A stretch of 64,000 nucleotides of DNA. It comes from Octopus sinensis. Its lineage: Eukaryota. The stretch covers positions 11,284,001 to 11,348,000 of the forward strand of contig NC_043004.1 of the NCBI RefSeq assembly GCF_006345805.1, in the 5' to 3' direction. The first letter of the stretch is position 1. Each line of letters opens with the position of its first letter. Position numbers and translations under genes: made by a program. Positions 26,209-38,016 of the stretch are shown here, in pieces. The notes under the pieces were generated by a model that searched no databases, had not been told where the DNA came from, and was given only the letters and a program-made list of their open reading frames with translations.

Positions 26209-26964
26209 ATATATACAGAAACATAGAATATTATAGATATGGATATATGCTTTTCTTGTATTTGGCTCTACCATTATATCATTCTCTTTACACATAAGCA
26301 CACACACACACAACGTGTATATTGAAAAAAAAAACAAAGCAAAACAAAAGATAAAGGAAACCTTCCCAAAAACAAGAAATGAAAATCTGTTGTACCTCTC
26401 TATTTGCCTAAGATTGAGAATATCTTTATATCTGTTGTTTATACTCTTGGTACACACATCTGAATTCGTGCATGCATATGCATATATACGTATGTCTGTG
26501 TAGTTAAACACAACTACATATGCACACACAAATACACACATACATATATCCGTTTTTATGTGTCTGTTTATGATTGTATTTGTATGTGTATTTAATACAA
26601 TCGGTTAATCTTTCCCTTCTCCCCCAAATATTTATAAATCAGTCTGGTGGTGTTGTTGTTGTTGGTGGTGGTAGTGCTGATGGTGTTGGTTGATGTTGGT
26701 GCTTCTTGTCTATTGAATTGACCATTTGCTATAAAGATGTCATCCTAAGTAGAACAAGACTGGTCATTTTAGCCTTATCTTTCTGCCAGAAATGACCTCG
26801 AGATAAACCGAACCATTATTTTAAATAAATTGACCAAGACACTCAACTGAAGTTTTTGAAGAAACGTTAAATACAAGGGGAAAAAAACAACACAAGGAAA
26901 TCGTCTACAAGAATATCAGTATGAATAATCACACATCCGCAACTAATACCAACATCAGCATCAG

Positions 26965-27004
<40 letters not shown>

Positions 27005-27231
27005 TGTATTAGCTGCAAAAAGAACAAACAAGAGAATTGGCTGTAGTAACTATAACAGTGATAAGTGTATTACAGGTTGTGGAATGGTACTCCATCGGTT
27101 ATGGCGACGAAGGTTCCAGCTGATCTGATCAACGGAACAGTCTGCTCGGAGGGATAACTGCATCGATAATAATGATGATGGCAACATTGTAATACAAACA
27201 GCAACGCAACAATTACCACAGTAGCAATGTA

Positions 27232-27417
27232 CAGTAATCCCTCGCCATATCGCCGCTCACTTATCGCGGTTTGTCATTGAAGCTTATGTCGATTCCTCCG
27301 TGGTGTTGTTTTGCATTTATAAATATATACAAATTATAAAAATAGTAAAAAAATATTTTTGTTCACTTATCGCAGGTGGTTTGGAACGTAACACCTACGA
27401 TAATCGAGGGATTATTG
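27232..27417. mobile_element. Tigger/pogo-type MITE
   Basis: TIRs CAGTAATCCCTCG / CGAGGGATTATTG with TA immediately outside both ends. Confidence 0.75.
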
Positions 27418-27840
27418 TAATACAATTTTTCTATATGATTTCTAAATTATAAACAATAATTGCGTCTACGGTCACACATTTTGCAGTGACTCAGGGTGTG
27501 TGTAGCCAGCGGTGCTTGCAATTCGTTATATTATATTTCCGTTCATAGGAATTCTTTGTAGGAATATTAAGGTGATCGCAGTAATTGAGAGGCACAGAAG
27601 GAGTCGCTACGTTGTGGTTCTAACTGCTGGAAATAACAACTAAACTTCGAAAGTAACATAATGAGTGCAATAGTTGTGGGTCCAATACACATAGGGAAAA
27701 ATAAAGGGACGGTTACTGCTCATCAAAGGACTGCTCACCCGTGAACAATCTACGGCTAAACAACAGCAAGCAGAAGGTACATATAGAGCTAACGAGAGAT
27801 AAACTGTTCCTATGTTGTTCGTCCTCGCAGGAAGCGTAGC

Positions 27841-27888
27841 TACACATCCCTCATATATCTATATGTATATATAATATAATATATATAT

Positions 27889-27919
<31 letters not shown>

Positions 27920-28033
27920 GATATATAGATAGATAGATAGATTGATAGATATAGATATAGGTACACATCCCTCATATATATGTATATATATATATATATA
28001 TATATGAGGGATGTGTATCTATATCTATATCTA

Positions 28034-28111
<78 letters not shown>

Positions 28112-28122
28112 TATATATGAGG
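27841..28122. repeat. Inverted duplication centred on a (TA)n tract
   Basis: TACACATCCCTCATATA at 27841 and 27962, its reverse complement TATATGAGGGATGTGTA at ~28001, and mirrored (GATA)n/(TATC)n arms. Confidence 0.75.
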
Positions 28123-28319
28123 AAAGGAAAATGGAGATTGAGAAGTTAATAATTGTTTATTAACACTAAATTGATTATCAATTACTGCTATTTCAATTAA
28201 TTCTCAGCAAATAGTTAGTAAATATTAAATGTGTATGACCTGGGCATAATATCTTCAGAGGGGGAAAAATACACCCTTTGATGCTTTATATGTGTTTATG
28301 GATTCATTTTAGAAGCCTA

Positions 28320-28362
<43 letters not shown>

Positions 28363-28714
28363 TATATATATCGGTTTGTGGTAAGGAGCTTGCTTCCCAA
28401 AGGCATAGATCTTGTTTCAGGTTTAGTCCCACTGCGTGCCACTGCGAGGAACTGCTCGCGTATTCACGTCTCCGTAACTTACAGCTCCATCAAAAATAAT
28501 AGATAGAATAAGTACGAGACTTTAAAAATATATCTTCCGGGGTCGATTCATTTCAATAAACCGAAATAAAACAAGTTTAAAGATAAAAGATTATATATAT
28601 ATATAAGCCGAACTATAAGCACCACATTTTATATTTACCTGGTAACTTTGAGTTATCAATCACTGATAATCCAACCTCGGCTTGCTTCATAATTTCCATC
28701 CCGCATCTAACATT

Positions 28715-28747
<33 letters not shown>

Positions 28748-28751
28748 TATA

Positions 28752-28795
<44 letters not shown>

Positions 28796-29639
28796 TATAT
28801 ATAGATATGTATATAAGTACCAGTTGAGCAATAGGGCCTATGCAATCGACTCAACAGTTCTCTTGAAATTACTCTCTGTGTGCCAAAATGTGAAACCAAA
28901 AAATATATATTACCAGTCCGGTAAAAGAGCGATCATACATCTGCTTTTTCTCTCGAAGAAATAGGCTTTGCTGAGATGAGGATTGGTTCTGGTAGGAATT
29001 ACTCTCCCAAGACACAACATAGGCCAAGTTGGGTGCTGATCACCCGTATCTTAATAGCTTACGTTCCTTTACAGATAAACTTACATCTTTTTAAGCATTC
29101 ACTTCATTATAAGGCGTTTGTTTTCTATTCCGTGGACGTTATATTTCCTTTACTATCATGGGAATCAGGATAATTATTGTTATTATTAATACTTAAAGGC
29201 AGTATTTTAGCACTTTATCTACTTTCTCGTTTACGGCAAGCTATATAGAAATAATATAATTTCTATCTGAACATATATTTCTTCTTTCATCATAATTCCA
29301 TTCACGTCTTGGATGTCTTTTAGGAATATTAAATCAATCCCGTTATTTAACGTGTACATTATTTTAACGAACAAGGACGGATGAAAGACAAAGTTGATAT
29401 CTGCAGGATTTACATTCAACAGCAAAGGGCCATATTCAAATGCCGCAATTTTTTCGTTCTGCTATTTACCGATTTTACCCCTATTCTCAAGCAATTCTTC
29501 TCCGCGTTTTTGATCGATAATGTTACAGAGTTTGATTGGCGTATAATTGAATGTTTTTGGCAATTCTCAATATAAATAATTCACCCTTTGCTCTGATTTT
29601 CTTTCAAGAGTTAGCTTCACAAATGTTTGTCACTACTCA

Positions 29640-30215
29640 TATAAAGTCATTCAAAACCTGTGCCATCTTTCGTCTGCTAAACCACTACCCAGTCATCGTG
29701 CTTTTTTCTAAACTAATGAAGACTGATCGCGTACCTGGAAGAGAATAACTTACAAACACACAACGTGGTTTCCGCTCAGGGAGGAGCGGCTTCACACAGC
29801 TACTACAACTTTATGATTGGGTACTGAAACTGTAGCCCAACCACTCAAATGTGGATGTGATATATCTCGACTTTGCCCAGGCCTTTGACAAAGTTGATCA
29901 TCGGATGAAATGTTACAAACAACGTGACGTTGGTATCGCTGCAAAACTGGAAAGCGTGGTTGCACGACATTTTAAAAGACAGAAGTCAGGCAATTTCAGC
30001 CAATGGTGCTCTCTCTGGGTTGACATCAATCTGCAGCGGATTTCCTCAGCAAACCGTACTGGGCCCACTACTGTTTGCAATGGCTCTCTCAGGCATGCTT
30101 TCTGTCGTGGTCAGTATTACTCACCGGCTACGCTGATGATGCAAAAGTATTTCAGGCGATCAAGAACCCTGATGATATATAAAACTGCAAAACGGCATGC
30201 AATATACAAATGAAC
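29640..30215 (+). pseudogene. CR1-like LINE reverse transcriptase fragment
   Basis: QRGFRSGRS..TQLL, NVDVIYLDFAQAFDKVDH, SGFPQQTVLGPLLF and GYADD, with stops and frameshifts. Confidence 0.85.
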
Positions 30216-30466
30216 TGACGAAATTAACTTAAATTGAATTCAAAGCAAAAATGTGCCAAAAATGCTCCTTTGTCACTTCCATTATACCTTTGAAAAAATA
30301 ACTGTTAATACGGAACTGCACTCTTCAAAACTTTGCACTAAGAATAAGTCTAAGTTAAAATCACTACCTGTTTTTATAGCAAGTTGAAGCATGTAGTTTA
30401 TCTCGTCCTCCTCCGACTTTTAGTTCACACAATTAAAAAACCGCATTATTCATTGGATGACCCATT

Positions 30467-30497
<31 letters not shown>

Positions 30498-30503
<6 letters not shown>

Positions 30504-30885
30504 AATAGTAAAAAGTGAAAAAAACTACAGAAGGCTTAAAGGTTAAAATATATATATATTTACGTCAATATGTCTGAAGAATATTAAATTTTTTTTTCTT
30601 ATAATGACATAGTTTTGAAGAAAGACCGGTTTCGCGTTTAGCTTTTCAAATTTCTTACGACGTTTTGTTTATCGAGATAAACATAACGTCGTAAGAAATT
30701 TGAAAAGCTAAACGCGAAACCGGTCTTTCTTCAAACTATGTCATTATAAAAAAAAATTTTAATATTCTTCAGACATATTGACGTAAATATATATATTTTT
30801 TAACCTTTAAGCCTTCTGTAGTCTTTTTCACTTTTTACTATTTTCTATATATTCAACCACTTGCTTTCACAAACCAACTTTCTTA
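30498..30885. mobile_element. Palindromic (fold-back) Penelope-type pLTR fragment with U3-A8 hammerhead in both arms
   Basis: ~175-bp arms centred at ~30674. AAGAAA-T-TTGAAAA-GC TAAAC GC-GAAACCGGTC-TTTCTT at 30693-30731 (+) and 30618-30656 (-). Homologous to 56445-56600; (TA)n flanks. Confidence 0.75.
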
Positions 30886-30899
30886 TATATATATATATA

Positions 30900-31285
<386 letters not shown>

Positions 31286-31959
31286 AATATATATATATGT
31301 ATGTATATATGTATGTATGTATATGACGAACATAACAAAGTATGTATGTGTGTATATGACGGCACATAACATAGGTTCCGCGCAGTGGAACTGAACCAGG
31401 ATCCATGTGGTTGGGAAGCAATGTGTGTGTACACATACACACTCTGTCTGTCTGTCTCTCTTTCTCCTTACCCCGCTCTGTCACACACACAAACACATAT
31501 ACATATATATGCATCTATATATACGTAGACACACGTATATATTCAAGAATTTTATTTATCTATTTTCTATCTCTCTATATCTATAAACAAACGCATACAC
31601 TCTCTCTTTTCTCTCTCTCTCTCTCTCACACACACATACACACACAGACACACACACACACACATAGATGGATGACTCGCAAAATCATTAACAGGCTGTG
31701 CAAAATCTGTTCCGACGTTCCATCTGTCTTTCCTTTGTGTAACAAAATGTATTAATATACATTGTACACTGTGCAAGGATTATCTAATATCGAACGCTAT
31801 ACATTGGAAAGAACGGATAGGTATGCTTATTAAATGAAATTCTGGGTATCTTTTTAATTTTGTGATAATAAATATATCTTATAATACATACACAGACACA
31901 CGCACACGTAATCATAGACATATGTACTTCGAGATAGAGAAACGAGGCAAACGGTGAGA

Positions 31960-31991
31960 TAGAGACAGATAGATAGATAAATAGGTAGATC

Positions 31992-32056
<65 letters not shown>

Positions 32057-32072
32057 GCAGACAGGCAGCTGC

Positions 32073-32116
<44 letters not shown>

Positions 32117-32195
32117 GTAGATAGATAGATAGACAGATAGATTAGATAGATAGACAGATATACAGACAGACAGAGACAAAGTGTGAGACAGAGAG
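31960..32195. repeat. (GATA)n/(GACA)n microsatellite
   Basis: Directly visible. Confidence 0.95.
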
Positions 32196-32402
32196 AGAAA
32201 AAGGAAAGTCGGATCTGAGACATAAGTCTCTTGTGTGTAGAAATACTCCGGAAGAAATGTTTTCCATATCATAATAAATACAATAGAAATATACTGCCTC
32301 ATAAATAACTCCAGTGACAATATATTGTTTCGATGCAGACATCAACTCATTTGGGTCGATATTGTATATACATATTTGTGTGTGTGTATGTATATATATA
32401 TT

Positions 32403-32448
<46 letters not shown>

Positions 32449-33102
32449 TATATATTATATATATATATATATACTATATATATATATAATATATATATAT
32501 ATATATAATATAATATATATATATATATATATATATACATATTATATATATATTATATATATATATATATTATAGATATATATACATAGATTATATATAT
32601 ACATATATATACATATAAGTATGATATAGCATAATCTTGTGCACATTAGACATTACATTCAGAATTACTATCAACACCTGGTCTCTTAGATTATATAATG
32701 AACGAGTTATTTGAAATATATATTAGCAACACTATCAAGAACAGAAAATGTATTTGTGTGCGTGTGCGTGTTTTTTTGTGCGCGTGCGGTTGTGAAAGTG
32801 ATAGTTTCTATTTGTGTGTTTGTGTGCGAGCGTGTGTGTGTATTTGTGTTAGTGTTTATGTGGATGTGTGTCTGTGTGTGCGTGTGTGTGGATGCGCGTG
32901 CGTGTGGGCGTCCGTGCAAGTGTAGATGTGTTTGCGTGTGTGTATGAGAGTGTACGTATGTATGTGTGTGTAGATGTGTGCGTGTGTATGTGTGTGTGCT
33001 TGGATGCGTGCCTGTGTGTGTAAGTGGATGTGTGTGTGTGTGTGTGTGTATGTGCATTCTCCTGTGTATGTGTGTGTGTTTGTGTGCATGCGTGTATGTG
33101 GA

Positions 33103-33104
33103 AA

Positions 33105-33136
<32 letters not shown>

Positions 33137-33213
33137 GATCGACGCGGGCTGATGACTCGCGCCTACCGGGAATTCCTCGTTCACGGGGTTGGTTCCAGGC
33201 CCCGATCCCTATC
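33103..33213 (-). pseudogene. Isolated 18S rRNA fragment (3' region)
   Basis: Minus strand GATAGGGATCGGGGCC...GAACGAGGAATTCC...ACGTCCCTGCCCTTTGTACACACCGCCCGTCG contains the universal SSU decoding-region motif. No other rDNA nearby. Confidence 0.9.
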
Positions 33214-33444
33214 TCAACCTCATTATCACCACTAAGTGTCGTACAGTGTAATAGTATAGAAAGACGTCTGGCACAGTAACTAGAATAGGAGTTGGTAACT
33301 CCTAAAGCAGCGTCAGTAGATTTTCTGTCAGGTCCTAGCCTCAAAGCTAGTAAACAAACTAAGGGTTCCCCAAAAGAGGTCGTCTTAGATTATGATGCAT
33401 TCCCGAAGAAAGGTCATCAAATTGTGATGGTTATTTGACAATTG

Positions 33445-33827
33445 ATAAGTACATTAACTCCGTGGGGGGGTCATTGGGGTGCAGAGTATCTAGGCCGAGA
33501 AAGCCTGGCGGAGCCTATCCCTCTCCAGGCTGAACTTATTTCTACAGCCGAGTGAACTGAAGCAAAGTGCAGTAAAGTGCTTTGCTCAGAAAACAACCGA
33601 TCGCTCGGTCCAGGCATCGAAACAAAATTCTTATGGTCATGATTGCAACACCCCAAGCTCTAAGCGATGCGCTTCCACAAGTGGTACAGATTTCGACAGA
33701 TGAGGGGACAGGAGTAAAGAAAAGGGAAGTACATTGCTCAAGAACAGAACGCATCGCCCGGTACAGGAATCGAAACTACAAACTTACGATCGTGAATCCA
33801 ACTCCCTAACCACTAACCCATGCACTT
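33445..33827 (-). mobile_element. tRNA-derived SINE(s), CORE-like, partly duplicated
   Basis: Minus-strand head GCATGGGTTAGTGGTTAGGGAG...AGTTTCGATTCC...GTTCTTGAGCAA; a second partial copy at 33445-33650. Confidence 0.65.
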
Positions 33828-34339
33828 CTATCTGTGGATTTGTTGTAATTTGTTGATGCTAATGATAAGCTCTGATATTTATTATTGAAGACGCGTGCAG
33901 GGCTTCTCATCGTTTCTGTAGCTGTTTCTCATCAAGTCTGTTCTGATCACGAATTCAAGCCGTCCTAAGATTTTTCATCAATAATGTACCGACTACGGTA
34001 GTAATCAATGTTATCTTTTTTCCAGAAATCATATTACAGTTTCAGGAAGATTCATTTCCTAATTTTAGCATGCTGTAAGACTGACGTTGCATCGAGGAGA
34101 AAGCAGGTAGCATGACTCGGAAGTCATCGAACGTTTGAAGGTTATGCTTATGTGAAGGACTTCGTTTCTTTCGCTTCCCTTTGGAGCCAGGAGCACTTTA
34201 ATTCTGCGACACGGAAGCACACACAAATACATTCGCGCGCACGCACGGACACACACCGATATGAATATGTGTAGATATATATGTATATGTGTGCGCATGT
34301 ATATATATGTGTGTGTGCGTGTGTCTGCATGTATATATA

Positions 34340-34378
<39 letters not shown>

Positions 34379-34424
34379 TATATATATATATATATATCTA
34401 TACACACATATATATATACATATA

Positions 34425-34592
34425 TACGGGTGAATTCACAACGAAGACAGGTGGTGTAGACAACAAACAGATGTATTAGTATAACGTTCGGGAATTGAAA
34501 TAGTCTTTAACGTTTCGAGCCTACGCTCTTCCACAGAAAGGAACACAGAAAGAAACAAGGAGAGAAAATAAAGAATGTGTAGTGGCTAGCGA
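34425..34592 (-). mobile_element. Short microsatellite-embedded element with minimal HHR-like motif (CUGUGGA core)
   Basis: Minus 34505-34540: CTTT-CTGTGGA-A-GAGC GTAG GCTC-GAAACGTT-AAAG. A related decayed copy lies at 42610-42712. Confidence 0.6.
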
Positions 34593-34821
34593 CATACATA
34601 CATGCATACATACATACATACATACATACATAATACATACATACATACATACATACATACATACATAAATACATACATGCATACATACATATATGTAAGA
34701 GTAAACAAGAGAGACAGAGACAGGCAGAAACAAGGAAAATGCCACTTGTATTTGAACACTATACAAATATTCTTTAAAAAGAACTTTCCTTTTAATTTTT
34801 CTAAATTTAATTATTTAATTG

Positions 34822-34863
34822 TTACAGTTGAAAAAGTCTTAATGACTGAAACCGGTAATGAAA
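34822..34863 (+). ncRNA. Hammerhead motif with U3-A8 core
   Basis: TTACAG-TTGAAAA-AGTC TTAAT GACT-GAAACCGGTA-ATGAAA. Stem II 4 bp, palindromic ACCGGU, GUA triplet; stem I has two mismatches. Confidence 0.6.
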
Positions 34864-34972
34864 TGTTTTTTATAAAATTATTGTAGCATTTTCTATCTTG
34901 ACTGTTTTTCCATATATATCAACTTGTGTGTTTCCTTTCCTAATTATACATACATACATATATATATACAAT

Positions 34973-35315
34973 ACAATTGCAGCGTGGAAGGTGTTTATAA
35001 GCCATTTAAGAAACACACAAAAGCCGTTCGATTCACTTCAACATTTAAGTTTAATTTGTCAAAATAAGTAAGTTCTTCACTTTTGCGAGGGCCTCTTTAT
35101 TTTAAGAGATGCAGCACGGATTTTTGTCAGTGAACAGGTCGCGGATTTTAGCGACGAAAATATTTTGACAAATTAAACTTAAATGTTGAAGTGAATCGAA
35201 CGGCTTTTGTGTGTTTCTTAAATGGTTTATAAACACCTTCCACGCTGCAATTGTTTTCGTTTCAGCACACGATCTCAGATCAAATTACTTGCTATGCGAG
35301 TACATCTCCGTAACA
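34973..35315 (+). mobile_element. Penelope-type fragment with ~93-bp inverted repeat and G3-C8 hammerhead
   Basis: 34973-35066 is the reverse complement of 35161-35254; HHR motif between the arms; TA flanks. Confidence 0.75.
35123..35172 (+). ncRNA. Hammerhead motif with G3-C8 core
   Basis: TTTGTCA-GTGAACA-G-GTCGC GGATTTTA GCGAC-GAAA-ATAT-TT-TGACAAA. Perfect 7-bp stem I, 5-bp stem II, palindromic AAUAUU. Confidence 0.7.
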
Positions 35316-35331
35316 TATATATATATATATA

Positions 35332-36964
35332 CAGTTGCGGCCAAAATGTTCAGAACGACATTGTTTTCGTCAGAAAAGTAGATATAAGTTTTTATCAAAG
35401 TTGTTTTAGTTTCAATAATTTTCACAGACAATAAACACAATATTAATTGTTATTGTCTGAGATTTTGGTGTAATTTGAGAGGATAATACAAAAGTTATGG
35501 ATGATTTAGGGATTTACCGCCAAACCCATGGGGGCCAAAATGATCAGAACGGTTGCTTTTACTCCGTGTTTTAGTATATTTAACCGGTGAACTGTAATGT
35601 TTTGAATTTGTGTACCTGACGGTTTTTTTACTAAACATTAGTAAGAATATCTGCAGTGTACTTTGTTAATATGATGCCACTTACTCCGTTACCAATTCGT
35701 CAGCAGATTATTAAGCTTCGAAAGAAGGATAATTTAAGTATTGGGTCTATTGCAAAGATTGTTAACAACTCAAAAAGTGTTGTTCACGGTATTCCTAAGG
35801 TCTTCGATGATTGTGGTTCATGTGAAGCAAGAAAGTCTACAGATAGGCCAAGAAAAACGACCAAGAGAGAAGATCGTGCTATGGTAAAGTTGGTTAAAAA
35901 GGACAGATTTAAAAGTGCTGCTGCTGTTTCTGGGGGAAATGAGCATTGTACTGAAGAAAACTTTATCTCGAAAAACTGTGTCTCGTCGTTTATTTGAACA
36001 TGACCTACAAGCAAGAGCACCTGCAGTGAAGCCACTGATCAGCTCCAAGAATAAAAAGTGTCGTCTTACCTTTGCAACCGAACATGTGTTGTGGTCTCAA
36101 GAAAAATGGCAAACGGTGCATTTCCGTGATGAATCTAAATTAATGTTATTTGGCTTAGATGGGAAAAGGTACGTTCGTCGAAAAGTAGGTGAAAAATTGT
36201 CGCCTAAATGCCTTAAGACTAGTGTTAAATTCGGTGGAGGAAGGAAGTGTCATGGTCTAGGGGGATGATATCTGGAGATGGTGTGGGCCCTTTGGTGCGA
36301 TTACATGGAAAAGTAAATGCAGGAGTTTATAAACAACTTGTAAAAGATCATGTTCTGCCTGTGCTGAGAAATTCAACTAAGCGACCACCCATATTCATGC
36401 AGGACAATGCTCCATGTCACAAGGCTAAGGTGGTCATGAACATTTTTAAGGCTGAAAAGATTATTGTTATGGATTGCCCTGCTCAAAGCCCAGATCTCAA
36501 TCCTATTGAAAATGTGTGGAATATTCTAGGAGAACGTTCGAAAGCCAGAAATCCTAAAACAACCGAGCAATTATGGAATGCCCTTCGGGAAGAATGGAAT
36601 ATCACCCAGCAAGAAATTGAAAATTTAATTTCCTCATGCAGTCGAAGATGTCAAAGTGTGATTGAAGCTACAGGGCTTCACACTAAATATCAAATAATTC
36701 CAGTATTCTCTGTCATTTTTGATTATTTTGTTATTTTTTTCAACTGTTCTGATCATTTTGGCCGCCATGGGTTTTGCAGTAAATCACTAAATCATCCATA
36801 ACTTTTGTATTATCCTCTCAAATTACACCAAAATCTCAGACAATAATAATTAATATCGTATTTATTGTCTGTGAAAATTATAAAATATAAAACAACTTTG
36901 ATAAAAACGTATACTTACTTTTCTGACGAAAACAATGTCGTTCTTAACATTTTGGGCGCAACTG
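35332..36964 (+). mobile_element. Tc1-family DNA transposon with long IR/DR-type TIRs (~220 bp)
   Basis: Ends CAGTTGCGGCCAAAATGTTCAGAAC / GTTCTTAACATTTTGGGCGCAACTG with TA flanks. GGCCAAAATGATCAGAAC is repeated at the inner end of each TIR. Confidence 0.95.
35671..36693 (+). pseudogene. Tc1 DD34E transposase, two frameshifts
   Basis: Three overlapping ORFs: HTH/RPRKTT.REDR; KPLIS...W..VHFRDESK; QDNAPCH-34 aa-NPIENVW...GLHTKY. The expected stop reads CAA. Confidence 0.93.
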
Positions 36965-37871
36965 TATATGAGAGCGGTGACCGTTAACCAAGGTTATTTC
37001 GAAGACACTTCAACAATGAGACTGAGAGATTTGAAAGCAATAAAACAACGCAGTTTAGTGTTTTATTTATTTTCCAATTCAGAGATTACTTTAAAAAAAT
37101 TGCAGTTTATCAGAGGAAGAAAATAGGTGTGAATGTAAAGGCAACACAAAAATATCAATTGCTTTCTGTGGGGAAACATTACCAAGATGAAAGTGCTGGA
37201 ATTAATATAATATACAGAGATTTTCAGCTAATCGGCAATTTCATTTTCCTTCCTCGACAATGTATAACGGTGAGACTGAATCATATAAATACCTCCTATA
37301 GTTAAAACGTTCAACCTTTCATATCTTCAGTTTCATTGATACATGTTTGAAAATAAACTATAACCACTGTAATATTCTCCATATTTAGCCGCTTGCTTTT
37401 GAAGTAATATATATATATATATATATATTCAGTTTAGAGACTATTGTGAACACCTATGAGGAAAATGCTTCGTAAACATACACGCATGGTTTCTCTACCG
37501 TGGACATTGTGCTAGTAGCACCATCGAAGAACATGGTAGATTGTTTATGATTCAGCACGTCACCAAATAATTCTAGATAACAACCGCAGTAACGGCAGAG
37601 GGGCGGTAGATATCAACATAATATTGTAATTCAAATATATTTTTTTTCAGCATTAATTCAAATATATTTCTTTTCGGCATTCTACCTTAGCAAGAAGCAA
37701 TTCTTAATTTTCGTAATTCTTGATCATACTTTTCTATTTTGTGCGTTATTCAAAAGTAATGCTTGGAAAGGAAAAAAAAACAAACAGAACTGGCTCTGGT
37801 AATTGAAAGAATGTATATACATACATACAATCATACATGCATAAATACTCACATACATACGTATATTATGT

Positions 37872-37903
<32 letters not shown>

Positions 37904-37976
37904 ATATATACGTGCACACAAACATACACACAAACTCAAAGGAAGAGATAAGATAGATAGATAGATAGATAGATAG

Positions 37977-38016
<40 letters not shown>

